Positions 27,879-36,141 of a stretch of DNA of 64,000 nt are shown in pieces; position 1 is the first letter of the stretch, and each line of letters opens with the position of its first letter. The stretch spans positions 3,474 through 67,473 of the forward strand of contig JALESH010000030.1 in NCBI GenBank assembly GCA_022781985.1, read 5' to 3'. The translations under genes and the position numbers were made by a program. Under the pieces are notes generated by a model that saw only the letters and a program-made list of their open reading frames with translations, was not told where the DNA came from and did no database searches. This stretch comes from Lachnospiraceae bacterium (GTDB lineage: Bacteria; Bacillota; Clostridia; Lachnospirales; Lachnospiraceae).

Positions 27879-28868
27879 ATGGATGCAAGAGGAAACATAC
27901 TATATTTGGTAGTCCCCTGCTATAACGAGGAGGATGGGCTGGAGCATGCTGCCGGGGTGATGGCTGAGAAGCTGGAGAGGCTGATGAGAGCGGAAAAAAT
28001 CTCTCAGGAGAGTCGGATCCTGCTGGTGGATGACGGGAGCCGGGACAATACCTGGCGGATTATTTCCGGGCTGTGCGGGCAGGACAGCCTGTTCTGCGGC
28101 ATCCGGTTTTCCAGAAATTACGGCCATCAGAGCGCCATTCTGGCAGGAATGATGAAGGCCAGGCTGCATGCGGACATGGCGGTCACCATCGATGCCGATC
28201 TGCAGCAGGATATCGAGGCTCTGGATCAGTTTATCACATGCTATCAGGAGGGGGCTGAGATCGTCTACGGCATTCGGAACAACCGGGACACGGACGGATG
28301 GTTCAAGAGGATGACAGCCACCTGCTTCTACAGGCTGCTGGAGCTGCTGGGCTGCCACATCATTCCCAACCATGCGGACTACCGTCTCCTGTCCAGGGCG
28401 GCCCTGGACGCGCTGGCCGAATATGGGGAGGTAAATCTGTTTCTGAGGGGCCTGATTCCTGCCATGGGCTTTCCCTCGGATGTGGTGTATTTTGATGTGA
28501 AAAAGCGGGAGGCCGGCCGGTCCAAATATACGCTGGGGAAAATGCTTTCCCTGGCCGCTGACGGCATCACCTCCATGAGCATCCGTCCCATCCGCCTGAT
28601 CACGGTGCTGGGCTTTCTGGTCAGCCTGTTCAGCCTGGGAATGATCATCAAGTGCCTGACAGACTGGGTGCTGGGCAACAACCTCCAGGGCTACACCACC
28701 ACGCTGCTGGTTTCCCTGAGCCTGGGAGGGCTGACGCTGTTCTCCCTTGGCATCGTGGGAGAGTATGTAGGAAAAATATACCTGGAGACCAAGTCTAGGC
28801 CCAGGTATATTGTGGATGCAGTCATATGGAAGGATGCGGCCTCCGGCCCCGGAAAGGAGCATGGTTAA
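27879..28868 (+). CDS. GtrB/ArnC-like polyprenyl-phosphate glycosyltransferase (GT2 with C-terminal TM helices)
   Basis: YLVVPCYNEEDGL, LLVDDGSRDNT, SRNYGHQSA, IDADLQQD and ADYRLLSR motifs. Two C-terminal TM helices end in GIVGEYVGKIYLETKSRP. A GTG at 27873 is an alternative start. Confidence 0.85.
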   Translation: MDARGNILYLVVPCYNEEDGLEHAAGVMAEKLERLMRAEKISQESRILLVDDGSRDNTWRIISGLCGQDSLFCGIRFSRNYGHQSAILAGMMKARLHADMAVTIDADLQQDIEALDQFITCYQEGAEIVYGIRNNRDTDGWFKRMTATCFYRLLELLGCHIIPNHADYRLLSRAALDALAEYGEVNLFLRGLIPAMGFPSDVVYFDVKKREAGRSKYTLGKMLSLAADGITSMSIRPIRLITVLGFLVSLFSLGMIIKCLTDWVLGNNLQGYTTTLLVSLSLGGLTLFSLGIVGEYVGKIYLETKSRPRYIVDAVIWKDAASGPGKEHG

Positions 28869-29777
28869 ATGGGATATACAGAGATACATGCGGATGACTA
28901 TGCCCTGTCGCCCGCTGCATCGGAGGATATTTTAAAGTGCATTAGGGCAGGGAGGCTGGACAGCCTCAGCGTGCTCACCAACATGTCCTGCTATGAGGAG
29001 GATGCCCGGCGCTATCTGGCGGAGAGGAAGGGGTGGCAGAAGGAGCCACTGCTTTCTGTCCACCTCAACTTTATGGAGGGACGCTGTCTGTCCCCTGCCT
29101 CCTGCCTGCCCCATCTGGCAGACAGGAACGGTTTTTTCCGGGCTACCTGGGGACAGCTTCTTTTCTGGAGCTTTTGTCCCGGAAAATATCAGGCCATAAA
29201 GAAGGAGCTGAAGACCGAGATCAGGGCGCAGACGGAAGGCTTTATCCGGTATTTCGGCAGGGAGAGGGTCCTCCGCTTCGACGGACACCAGCACACCCAG
29301 ATGCTGCCTGTTGTCTATCAGGCATTGTTTGAGGTCATAAGGGAAGAGGGCTATCAGACGGAATATGTTCGGGTGACGAAGGAGCCGGTGCTCCCCTACC
29401 TGATGCGGCCCTCCCTCTGGAAGACATACCGGCCGGTGAACCTGGTGAAAAACCTGCTGCTGAACCTTCTGGCCATAGGGATGGAAAGAAGGACCCGGCA
29501 GGAGATAGGGAGCCGGCAGCCCATGCTCCTGTGGGGAGTCATGCTCAGCGGCAGGATGGATCAGAAGCGGGTTGGCATGCTCCTGCCTCTTATGAAGGAA
29601 AGAGCAGGGAGGAAGGGAAGGACGCTGGAGATCCTCTTCCATCCGGGAGCCTCCCGGCCGGAGGAGCTGGGGGAGGAATTCATCCATGAGGAAGCCAGGA
29701 GGTTTTATCTTTCCCGGGGCAGGAGGGAGGAGTTTGACACGGTGATGGGATTGCAAACCGGTCAGGGAATATGCTAG
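28869..29777 (+). CDS. YdjC/ChbG/HpnK-family carbohydrate deacetylase
   Basis: HADDYALSPA....IL.CI..G.LDSLSVLTNM and FDGHQHTQMLPVV are metal-binding D/H motifs of the YdjC family. The ATG directly abuts the upstream TAA. Confidence 0.8.
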   Translation: MGYTEIHADDYALSPAASEDILKCIRAGRLDSLSVLTNMSCYEEDARRYLAERKGWQKEPLLSVHLNFMEGRCLSPASCLPHLADRNGFFRATWGQLLFWSFCPGKYQAIKKELKTEIRAQTEGFIRYFGRERVLRFDGHQHTQMLPVVYQALFEVIREEGYQTEYVRVTKEPVLPYLMRPSLWKTYRPVNLVKNLLLNLLAIGMERRTRQEIGSRQPMLLWGVMLSGRMDQKRVGMLLPLMKERAGRKGRTLEILFHPGASRPEELGEEFIHEEARRFYLSRGRREEFDTVMGLQTGQGIC

Positions 29778-29780
29778 AAT
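29751..29780 (+). promoter_or_regulatory. sigma-A-type promoter (TTGCAA-18-TGcTAGAAT), internal to 3' end of the deacetylase gene
   Basis: -35 at 29751..29756, an 18-nt spacer, TG at 29772..29773 and -10 at 29775..29780. Confidence 0.45.
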
Positions 29781-29826
29781 ATAATGATCTTTTTGTTTGA
29801 AAAATAAAGGCAGAGGGAACGAAGCT

Positions 29827-31578
29827 GTGAAGAAAATATTTAAGAAGCTGAATATCTTATTGGATAAAAGACAGAAAAAGATCATGGTATTCCTGGTATT
29901 TGCCATGCTCATCGGCGCAGCCCTAGAGCTGCTGGGGGTGGGACTGATCTATCAGGTGGCCACGGTCATTACAGACCCGGATATCCTGGAGAAGAACCGC
30001 AGGCTGGCAGAGCTGTACGGGCTCCTGCATATGCAGAGCATGGAGCAGTTTTCCATCCTCATCATGGCCTGCCTGATCGTTGTATTTGCGGCCAAGAATG
30101 CCTATCTCTTCTTTCAGAGCAGGCTGCAGTTCCGGTTCGTCTACAGCAATCAGTTCGCCACCTCCAGAAGGATGATGATCAATTTCATGAAGAGGCCCTA
30201 TGAGTATTATCTCAATGCAGACACCTCCGTCATCCAGAGGAGCATCACCTCAGATGTAAACAATATGTACGGACTCATCCTGAGCCTGCTCCAGCTCATC
30301 AGCGAGGTTATCGTATTTGTCTGCCTGACGGTCTACTGCCTGATGACGGATGTGGTGATGACGGTGACTGTGGCGGCTCTGCTGGTGGTTGTGCTGATAG
30401 TGATCAAGTGGATATTAAAGCCCATCATGCGCAAGGCAGGGGAAGAAAACCAGGACTACTACAGCGGGCTTTACAAATGGATCGATCAGTCCGTCATGGG
30501 GATCAAGGAGATCAAGGTAGCCAACAAGGAGAGCTATTTTATCAATGAATACTGTAAATGCGGCGCAGGCTATGTGAGCGCGGTGCAGAGGTACAACCTG
30601 TACAATGCCACCCCCAGGCTGCTGATTGAGACGGTGGCCATCGCGGGCATGCTGATCTATATGATGATGCGGATTGCCGAGGGGACAGCGGTGACGGCTA
30701 TCATGCCCCAGCTTCTGACCCTGGCGGTATCCGCCATGCGTCTCATCCCCAGTGCCAACCGGATCAATAATTATCTGACCTCCATCGCCTATTTTGAACC
30801 CTTTTTCATGGGAGTGACAGACAGCCTGCAGGACGAGATCAGGGATAAGAATGTGAACTACGATGAAGCAGCCTACAGAGAGAGGCGGCAGGTGGAAAAG
30901 CTGCCGGTGAAAAAGGAGATTCTCTTAAAGGACATTACCTATAAATATCCCAATTCGGAGGTGCTGATCTTTGACCATGCGGACATGTCTGTTCCGGTAG
31001 GCAGGTCCGTAGGGATCGTAGGAGCCTCGGGAGCCGGGAAGACCACGGTGGTGGATATCCTGCTGGGGCTGCTGAAGCTGCAGTCCGGCCGGATACTGGC
31101 AGACGGGACAGAGGTAAGGGAGCACTATGAAGCCTGGCTCAAAAATATCGGCTATATCCCCCAGACTATTTTTATGCTGGATTCCACCATCCGCAGGAAT
31201 GTGGCCTTCGGTTATGAGGAGGAGGAGATCCGGGATGAAAAGGTGTGGAGAGCATTAAAGGAAGCACAGCTGGACGAGTTTGTAAGGGGACTTCCCGAAG
31301 GACTGGATACCGGAATCGGAGAGAGAGGAATCCGTCTGTCAGGAGGACAGAGACAGCGGATCGGCATTGCCAGGGCGCTGTACGAGGATCCGGAGGTGCT
31401 GGTGCTGGACGAGGCTACGTCGGCACTGGATAATGATACGGAGGCAGCCATCATGGACTCCATCAACCGCCTCCATGGACGCAAGACCCTGATCATCATT
31501 GCCCACAGGCTCCAGACCATAGAAAAATGTGACCTGGTATACCGGGTGGAGCAGGGAAGGATCCTCAGGGAAAGGTAA
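29827..31578 (+). CDS. ABC exporter, fused TMD-NBD half transporter (MsbA/PglK-like)
   Basis: Six N-terminal TM helices. Walker A GASGAGKTT, signature LSGGQRQR and Walker B VLVLDEATSALD. The start is uncertain: the track gives TTG at 29797. I prefer GTG at 29827 (SD GAGGG 9 nt upstream, downstream of the predicted promoter). Confidence 0.85.
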   Translation: MKKIFKKLNILLDKRQKKIMVFLVFAMLIGAALELLGVGLIYQVATVITDPDILEKNRRLAELYGLLHMQSMEQFSILIMACLIVVFAAKNAYLFFQSRLQFRFVYSNQFATSRRMMINFMKRPYEYYLNADTSVIQRSITSDVNNMYGLILSLLQLISEVIVFVCLTVYCLMTDVVMTVTVAALLVVVLIVIKWILKPIMRKAGEENQDYYSGLYKWIDQSVMGIKEIKVANKESYFINEYCKCGAGYVSAVQRYNLYNATPRLLIETVAIAGMLIYMMMRIAEGTAVTAIMPQLLTLAVSAMRLIPSANRINNYLTSIAYFEPFFMGVTDSLQDEIRDKNVNYDEAAYRERRQVEKLPVKKEILLKDITYKYPNSEVLIFDHADMSVPVGRSVGIVGASGAGKTTVVDILLGLLKLQSGRILADGTEVREHYEAWLKNIGYIPQTIFMLDSTIRRNVAFGYEEEEIRDEKVWRALKEAQLDEFVRGLPEGLDTGIGERGIRLSGGQRQRIGIARALYEDPEVLVLDEATSALDNDTEAAIMDSINRLHGRKTLIIIAHRLQTIEKCDLVYRVEQGRILRER

Positions 31579-31616
31579 GGAGCCCGGCAGATTTTGGAAG
31601 GAGCTGGAGGATAAAG

Positions 31617-32075
31617 ATGATAAAACAGATCAGAGATATGTATTTCCGGTTTGAGGAAACCATAAATTATCTCTTTTTTGGAGGACTGGCCTTTTTTGTA
31701 AACATGGGTGCCTATAAGCTGGCTGCGTGGGTACTGGGGGCTGACAATGAAAAGGTGGCGCTGGTTCTGGCTGCCACCATGTTTGCCTGGGTGGCGGCGG
31801 TTCTCTTTGCCTACTGGACAAACCGTACCTTTGTATTTAAAAGCAGGGTAAAGGACAGGCAGGGCATATGGAAGGAATTTACCGCCTTTGTAGGTGCCAG
31901 GGTAGTCACCGGGCTGCTGGAGCTGCTGCTCATGTATGTGCTGGTGGATCTGGTGGATGTGGATGATATGATATCCAAATTTATATGCAATGTAGTGGTC
32001 ATAGCTTCCAACTATGTCTTCAGTAAGCTATGGGTGTTTAAAAAATTAGATTTTCAGAAAAAAGAGATAAGGTAG
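31617..32075 (+). CDS. GtrA-family small membrane protein (polyprenyl-phosphate-sugar flippase candidate)
   Basis: 152 aa with four TM helices. INYLFFGGLAFFVN...Y and F.FKS..... resemble the GtrA-like family. Strong GGAGG RBS. Confidence 0.8.
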   Translation: MIKQIRDMYFRFEETINYLFFGGLAFFVNMGAYKLAAWVLGADNEKVALVLAATMFAWVAAVLFAYWTNRTFVFKSRVKDRQGIWKEFTAFVGARVVTGLLELLLMYVLVDLVDVDDMISKFICNVVVIASNYVFSKLWVFKKLDFQKKEIR

Positions 32076-32104
32076 CAGGGCCGGAAGGCTATGAAAGGGG
32101 CAGG

Positions 32105-33238
32105 GTGATCATGATGGAAAAGGCCGGGAGACAGGCGAACTACGAGCTGTTAAGGATCATAGCCATGTGGATGGTCATCACCCTCCACTATCTGAACCAC
32201 ACAGGGATGCTGCCGGCTGCGGGAGAGGATATGGTCCTCAGCAGGGCAGCGGCGCTTTTGATCGAGTCCTTCTGTATCATTGCGGTGAACCTGTATGTGA
32301 TGATCAGCGGCTATTTTCTTTCCCTTTCGGATTTCAGTCTCACCAGGCTTCTGCGCCTGCTTTGCCAGGTCTGGTTCTATTCCCTGCTGCTGCTGTTGGT
32401 CATGGGGGGGCTGGGAGCAGACATCGGATGGCAGGAGGAGGGGATATACAGCCTGCTGCCCTTCCTTTTTCCCATCCGGGCAGAGCACTACTGGTTCGCC
32501 ACCTCCTATGTGATCCTGTATCTGCTGACGCCCATCCTCAACACGGCAGTGCGCCATATGGGCAGGCGCTCCTTTCAGGTCACCCTGGCGGGCCTGCTTC
32601 TGTTCTTTTCAGTAAGCAAAAGCGTGGTGCCGCTGCAGTTCGTCACGGACAGCTTCGGCTATGATTTTGGCTGGTTCATCTGTGTCTACCTGACAGGGGC
32701 CTATTTCAGGCGCTGCCGGGCCGGGTGGGAAAAGGATACGGCCTTAAGCCCCTGGCTGGTCTACATTGCCTGCTCCCTCCTGACCTTCGGGACAGCGCTG
32801 TGGGCCTTTTATTTCAGCGGGACAGCAGGGGGGGCTGCCTATCTCACCGCCCTGCCCTTCCACTACAACTTCATCCTCTGTCTGGCCGCAGCCGCAGCCC
32901 TGTTCTGCGCCTTTGGCCGCATCAGGATACAGGAGGGGCGGGCCTCCCGGCTGATCTGCCGTCTCTCCTCCCTCACCTTCGGTGTATACCTCTTTCACGA
33001 GCACATCCTCCTCCGCAGCCGCTGGATCGGATATATAGAGGCCTGCATCGGCAGGGCAGCAGACCTTCCGGTGCCCCTGTTCCTTCTCCACTGGCTGTTC
33101 TCCGTCCTACTGATCTACGCCGCAGGAAGCCTGGTGGATGCACTGCGGCTGTATATTTTCCGTCTGGCCGGAAGCTATACAGCCGGAACCCCTGCGGCAG
33201 TCCACCTGAAAAGGCTGGAGGAAGAACTGAAATCATAA
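32105..33238 (+). CDS. acyltransferase family 3 membrane protein (glycan O-acetyltransferase candidate)
   Basis: The N-terminal NYELLRIIAMWMVITLHY (catalytic His region) and about 10 TM helices fit acyltransferase-3. ATG at 32111 is an alternative start. Confidence 0.8.
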   Translation: MIMMEKAGRQANYELLRIIAMWMVITLHYLNHTGMLPAAGEDMVLSRAAALLIESFCIIAVNLYVMISGYFLSLSDFSLTRLLRLLCQVWFYSLLLLLVMGGLGADIGWQEEGIYSLLPFLFPIRAEHYWFATSYVILYLLTPILNTAVRHMGRRSFQVTLAGLLLFFSVSKSVVPLQFVTDSFGYDFGWFICVYLTGAYFRRCRAGWEKDTALSPWLVYIACSLLTFGTALWAFYFSGTAGGAAYLTALPFHYNFILCLAAAAALFCAFGRIRIQEGRASRLICRLSSLTFGVYLFHEHILLRSRWIGYIEACIGRAADLPVPLFLLHWLFSVLLIYAAGSLVDALRLYIFRLAGSYTAGTPAAVHLKRLEEELKS

Positions 33239-33263
33239 AATTCAAAGGAAAGGAACCCAGCCC

Positions 33264-34973
33264 ATGCAGCCACTCATGAAAACAGCCGAAAAGTGGATAT
33301 TTCCCCTCCTGCTCCTGCTCTATCCCCTTCTGCTGCTGAATCAGGGAATCGATATCACAGACACCACCTACTCCCTGGGCTATTACCGCTTCATGGAGGA
33401 GATGGACATCACCTGGGTGCTGGCTACCTGGCTGGCCAATCTCACCGGAGCGATGCTGATGAGGCTGCCTATGGGGGATACTCTGCTGGGCATGAATTTC
33501 TATACCGGCCTGATCGTATCGGCTATCTCCCTCCTGTGCTACTATGGCCTGTCCCGGTGGATGCCCCGGTGGATCCTGTTCTTGGGAGAGATCATCGCCC
33601 TGAGCCTGTGCTGGTGTCCTACCACCATCCTGTATAACTATCTGACCTATCTGCTTTTTGCCCTGGGCAGCCTCCTGCTCTGCCGGGCTGTCTGTGAGGG
33701 GAAGGACGGTTATTTTCCGGCGGCAGGGGTCTGCCTGGGAGTGAATGTGCTGGTACGCTTCTCCAATCTGGCAGAAGCGGGGCTCATCGCTGTGGTGTGG
33801 TATGCGGGATGGCTGAATCGGGAGAAAATGGCCGCCACAGTCAGAAAAACAGGGCTGTGCCTGGCCGGATATCTGGCGGGAATGGGTAGTATTTTACTGG
33901 CAATCGGAGTAAAATATGGAGCAGGAGCCTTTATGGGGATGGTAAAGAGCCTGTTTGGAATGACCAGGGAGGCCTCTGACTATACCCTGGCGGGGATGCT
34001 GCTGGCTACTGCGGATGCCTATTGGGCGGGCCTGAAATGGATGGCCTTTATGCTGCCCTGCATCGGTGCGGGAGCAGTGATGTTTCTGGCGGCAAAGGGA
34101 AGGCTGGAACGGGGAAAGAGGATTCTGTACTGTCTGGGCATCCTGATATTGCTGCGTTTTTATTGGGGAAGGGGGATGTTTTCCTTCCGGTATTATAACG
34201 AGGGCAGCGTCTTCCAGTGGATGATGCTCTTCCTCATTCTTTCCATCCTCTGCTGTATGGCGGAAATCGGCGGCCTGCTGGATGGGGATGCGCAGCAGAA
34301 GGCGCTGGCAGCCCTGGTGCTGGCTGTTATCCTTCTCACGCCCCTGGGCAGCAACAACTATACCTATCAGAATATGAACAATCTGTTTATCCCGGCTCCC
34401 TATACCCTCTGGAGCTGCTTCCGCATCTGGCAGAAAACCAGGGGAAGGAGCATCCATTTTCCCTGGCAGGCATTGATGGCCCTGATTCTGCTGATGACGC
34501 TGGTGCAGGGCATTGGCTTTGGCTGCAGCTATGTATTCCGGGATGGGATCTATGGGGAGGCACGGGATGCCCGGGTGGAAAACAGCCCGGTTTTGAAGGG
34601 GATGTATACCAACAGGCAGAATGCGGAGAGCCTGTCGGAGCTGATTTCCTTCTGCAGGGAAGAGGGGATCGGGGAGGAGCCGGTGCTGCTGTGGGGAAAT
34701 GCCCCCGGCCTCAGCTATATACTGGATGTACCCTCCGCCATCTTTACCACCTGGCCCGAGATACCCAGCAACACCGGGGAGGCGCTGGAGAGAGCGCTGG
34801 CAGAGCTGGACTGGGAGCCTGCAGTGATTCTCCACAACGATACGGGCAGGCCCTTTGAGGAAGGGGAGAAGTCAGGGCTGATCCTGGAGTTTATCCGGAC
34901 CCGTGGCTACACCTGTGTCTTTGAAAATGCAAACTATAAGGTATATCGGGCTGCATTCCAGCAGGGCCTGTGA
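33264..34973 (+). CDS. polytopic membrane protein, GT-C-like glycosyltransferase candidate
   Basis: 569 aa with more than 10 TM helices and a roughly 150-aa C-terminal soluble domain. The acidic motif D-I-T-D (33351..33362) sits right after the first TM helix, as in GT-C enzymes. No family recognised by eye. Confidence 0.5.
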   Translation: MQPLMKTAEKWIFPLLLLLYPLLLLNQGIDITDTTYSLGYYRFMEEMDITWVLATWLANLTGAMLMRLPMGDTLLGMNFYTGLIVSAISLLCYYGLSRWMPRWILFLGEIIALSLCWCPTTILYNYLTYLLFALGSLLLCRAVCEGKDGYFPAAGVCLGVNVLVRFSNLAEAGLIAVVWYAGWLNREKMAATVRKTGLCLAGYLAGMGSILLAIGVKYGAGAFMGMVKSLFGMTREASDYTLAGMLLATADAYWAGLKWMAFMLPCIGAGAVMFLAAKGRLERGKRILYCLGILILLRFYWGRGMFSFRYYNEGSVFQWMMLFLILSILCCMAEIGGLLDGDAQQKALAALVLAVILLTPLGSNNYTYQNMNNLFIPAPYTLWSCFRIWQKTRGRSIHFPWQALMALILLMTLVQGIGFGCSYVFRDGIYGEARDARVENSPVLKGMYTNRQNAESLSELISFCREEGIGEEPVLLWGNAPGLSYILDVPSAIFTTWPEIPSNTGEALERALAELDWEPAVILHNDTGRPFEEGEKSGLILEFIRTRGYTCVFENANYKVYRAAFQQGL

Positions 34974-35001
34974 TGCCTTGGAAAGGAGCATGGCTATATA
35001 C

Positions 35002-36141
35002 ATGATCAATTTTAATGTACCTCCCTTCACGGGAAAAGAACTGGAATATATGCGGCAGGCAGTGGAAAACCAGAAGATCTGCGGAGACGGTGAGTTTACC
35101 GGAAGGTGCAGCCGTTGGATCGAGGAGAAGACGGGAACCCGCAAATGCCTGCTGACCACCTCCTGTACCCATGCGCTGGAGATGGCCGCGCTGCTGGCGG
35201 ATATTCAGCCGGGGGATGAGGTGATCATGCCCTCCTATACCTTCGTCTCCACGGCCAATGCCTTTGTGCTCAGGGGGGCGAAGGTGGTGTTTGTGGATAT
35301 CCGCCCGGATACCATGAATATCGACGAGGAGCTGATCGAGGCTGCGGTGACGGAAAAAACCAGGGCCATTGCGGTAGTCCACTATGCCGGAGTGAGCTGT
35401 GAGATGGACAGGATCATGGAGATTGCAAAACGCCATGGGCTGGCGGTGATCGAGGATGCTGCCCAGGGGATCATGGCCTCCTATAAGGGAAGGGCCTTGG
35501 GAACCATAGGCGACTTCGGCTGCTTCAGCTTCCATGAGACCAAGAACTACAGCATGGGTGAGGGCGGGGCGCTCCTGCTCCGGGATGAGAAGCATATTGA
35601 GGCTGCAGAGATAGTCAGGGAAAAGGGGACAGACAGAAGCAGGTATTTCCGGGGGCAGGTGGATAAATACCGCTGGGTGGACTTCGGCTCCTCCTATTTG
35701 CCCAGTGACATGAACGCAGCCTATCTCTATGCCCAGCTGGAGCTGGCAGAGGAGATCAACCAGGTCCGCCTGAGTCGGTGGAACCGCTACTATGAGAGGC
35801 TGAAGGTGCTGGAGGAGAGGGGAGCGGCAGAGCTGCCGGTCATCCCCCTGGGCTGTACTCATAACGGGCATATGTTTTATCTGAAGGCAAAGGATGTGGA
35901 GGAGCGGACCGCATTGATTCAATTCCTCAAAGAAAGAGGGATCCTGGCGGTTTTCCATTACATCCCCCTGCATTCGGCCCCGGCAGGTCTCAGGTTCGGG
36001 CGTTTTCACGGAGAGGACAGACACACCACCAAGGAAAGCGAAAGGCTGCTGAGGCTTCCCATGTACTACAGCCTGACAGAAGAAGAAGTGGATCATATTG
36101 CCGGCAGGGTAAGGGAATTCTATGGCTATGAGAGGACATAA
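35002..36141 (+). CDS. wecE: dTDP-4-amino-4,6-dideoxygalactose transaminase-like (WecE/RffA-type)
   Basis: Long near-identical runs to E. coli WecE as I recall it: MPSYTFVSTANAFVLRGAKVVFVD.RPDTMNIDE, YKGRALGTIG..GCFSFHETKNY, REKGT.RS..FRGQVDKY.W and FHYIPLH..PAG..FG.FHGEDR.TTKESERLLRLP. The MINFNVPP start at 35002 matches the WecE N-terminus. The ATG at 34990 lies only 1 nt after the SD. Confidence 0.88.
   Translation: MINFNVPPFTGKELEYMRQAVENQKICGDGEFTGRCSRWIEEKTGTRKCLLTTSCTHALEMAALLADIQPGDEVIMPSYTFVSTANAFVLRGAKVVFVDIRPDTMNIDEELIEAAVTEKTRAIAVVHYAGVSCEMDRIMEIAKRHGLAVIEDAAQGIMASYKGRALGTIGDFGCFSFHETKNYSMGEGGALLLRDEKHIEAAEIVREKGTDRSRYFRGQVDKYRWVDFGSSYLPSDMNAAYLYAQLELAEEINQVRLSRWNRYYERLKVLEERGAAELPVIPLGCTHNGHMFYLKAKDVEERTALIQFLKERGILAVFHYIPLHSAPAGLRFGRFHGEDRHTTKESERLLRLPMYYSLTEEEVDHIAGRVREFYGYERT

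Noticed and set aside
15969-29912. Series of other 230-390-aa minus-strand ORFs (15969..17045, 17255..18208, 18322..19335, 20512..21582, 22532..23695, 24425..25516, 25535..26341, 27900..28889, 28932..29912)
   Set aside because: Each mirrors a confidently assigned plus-strand gene (GTs, pseB/C/G/I, ATP-grasp, GtrB-like, YdjC). None has recognisable motifs. The pattern fits GC-rich codon bias rather than antisense genes.
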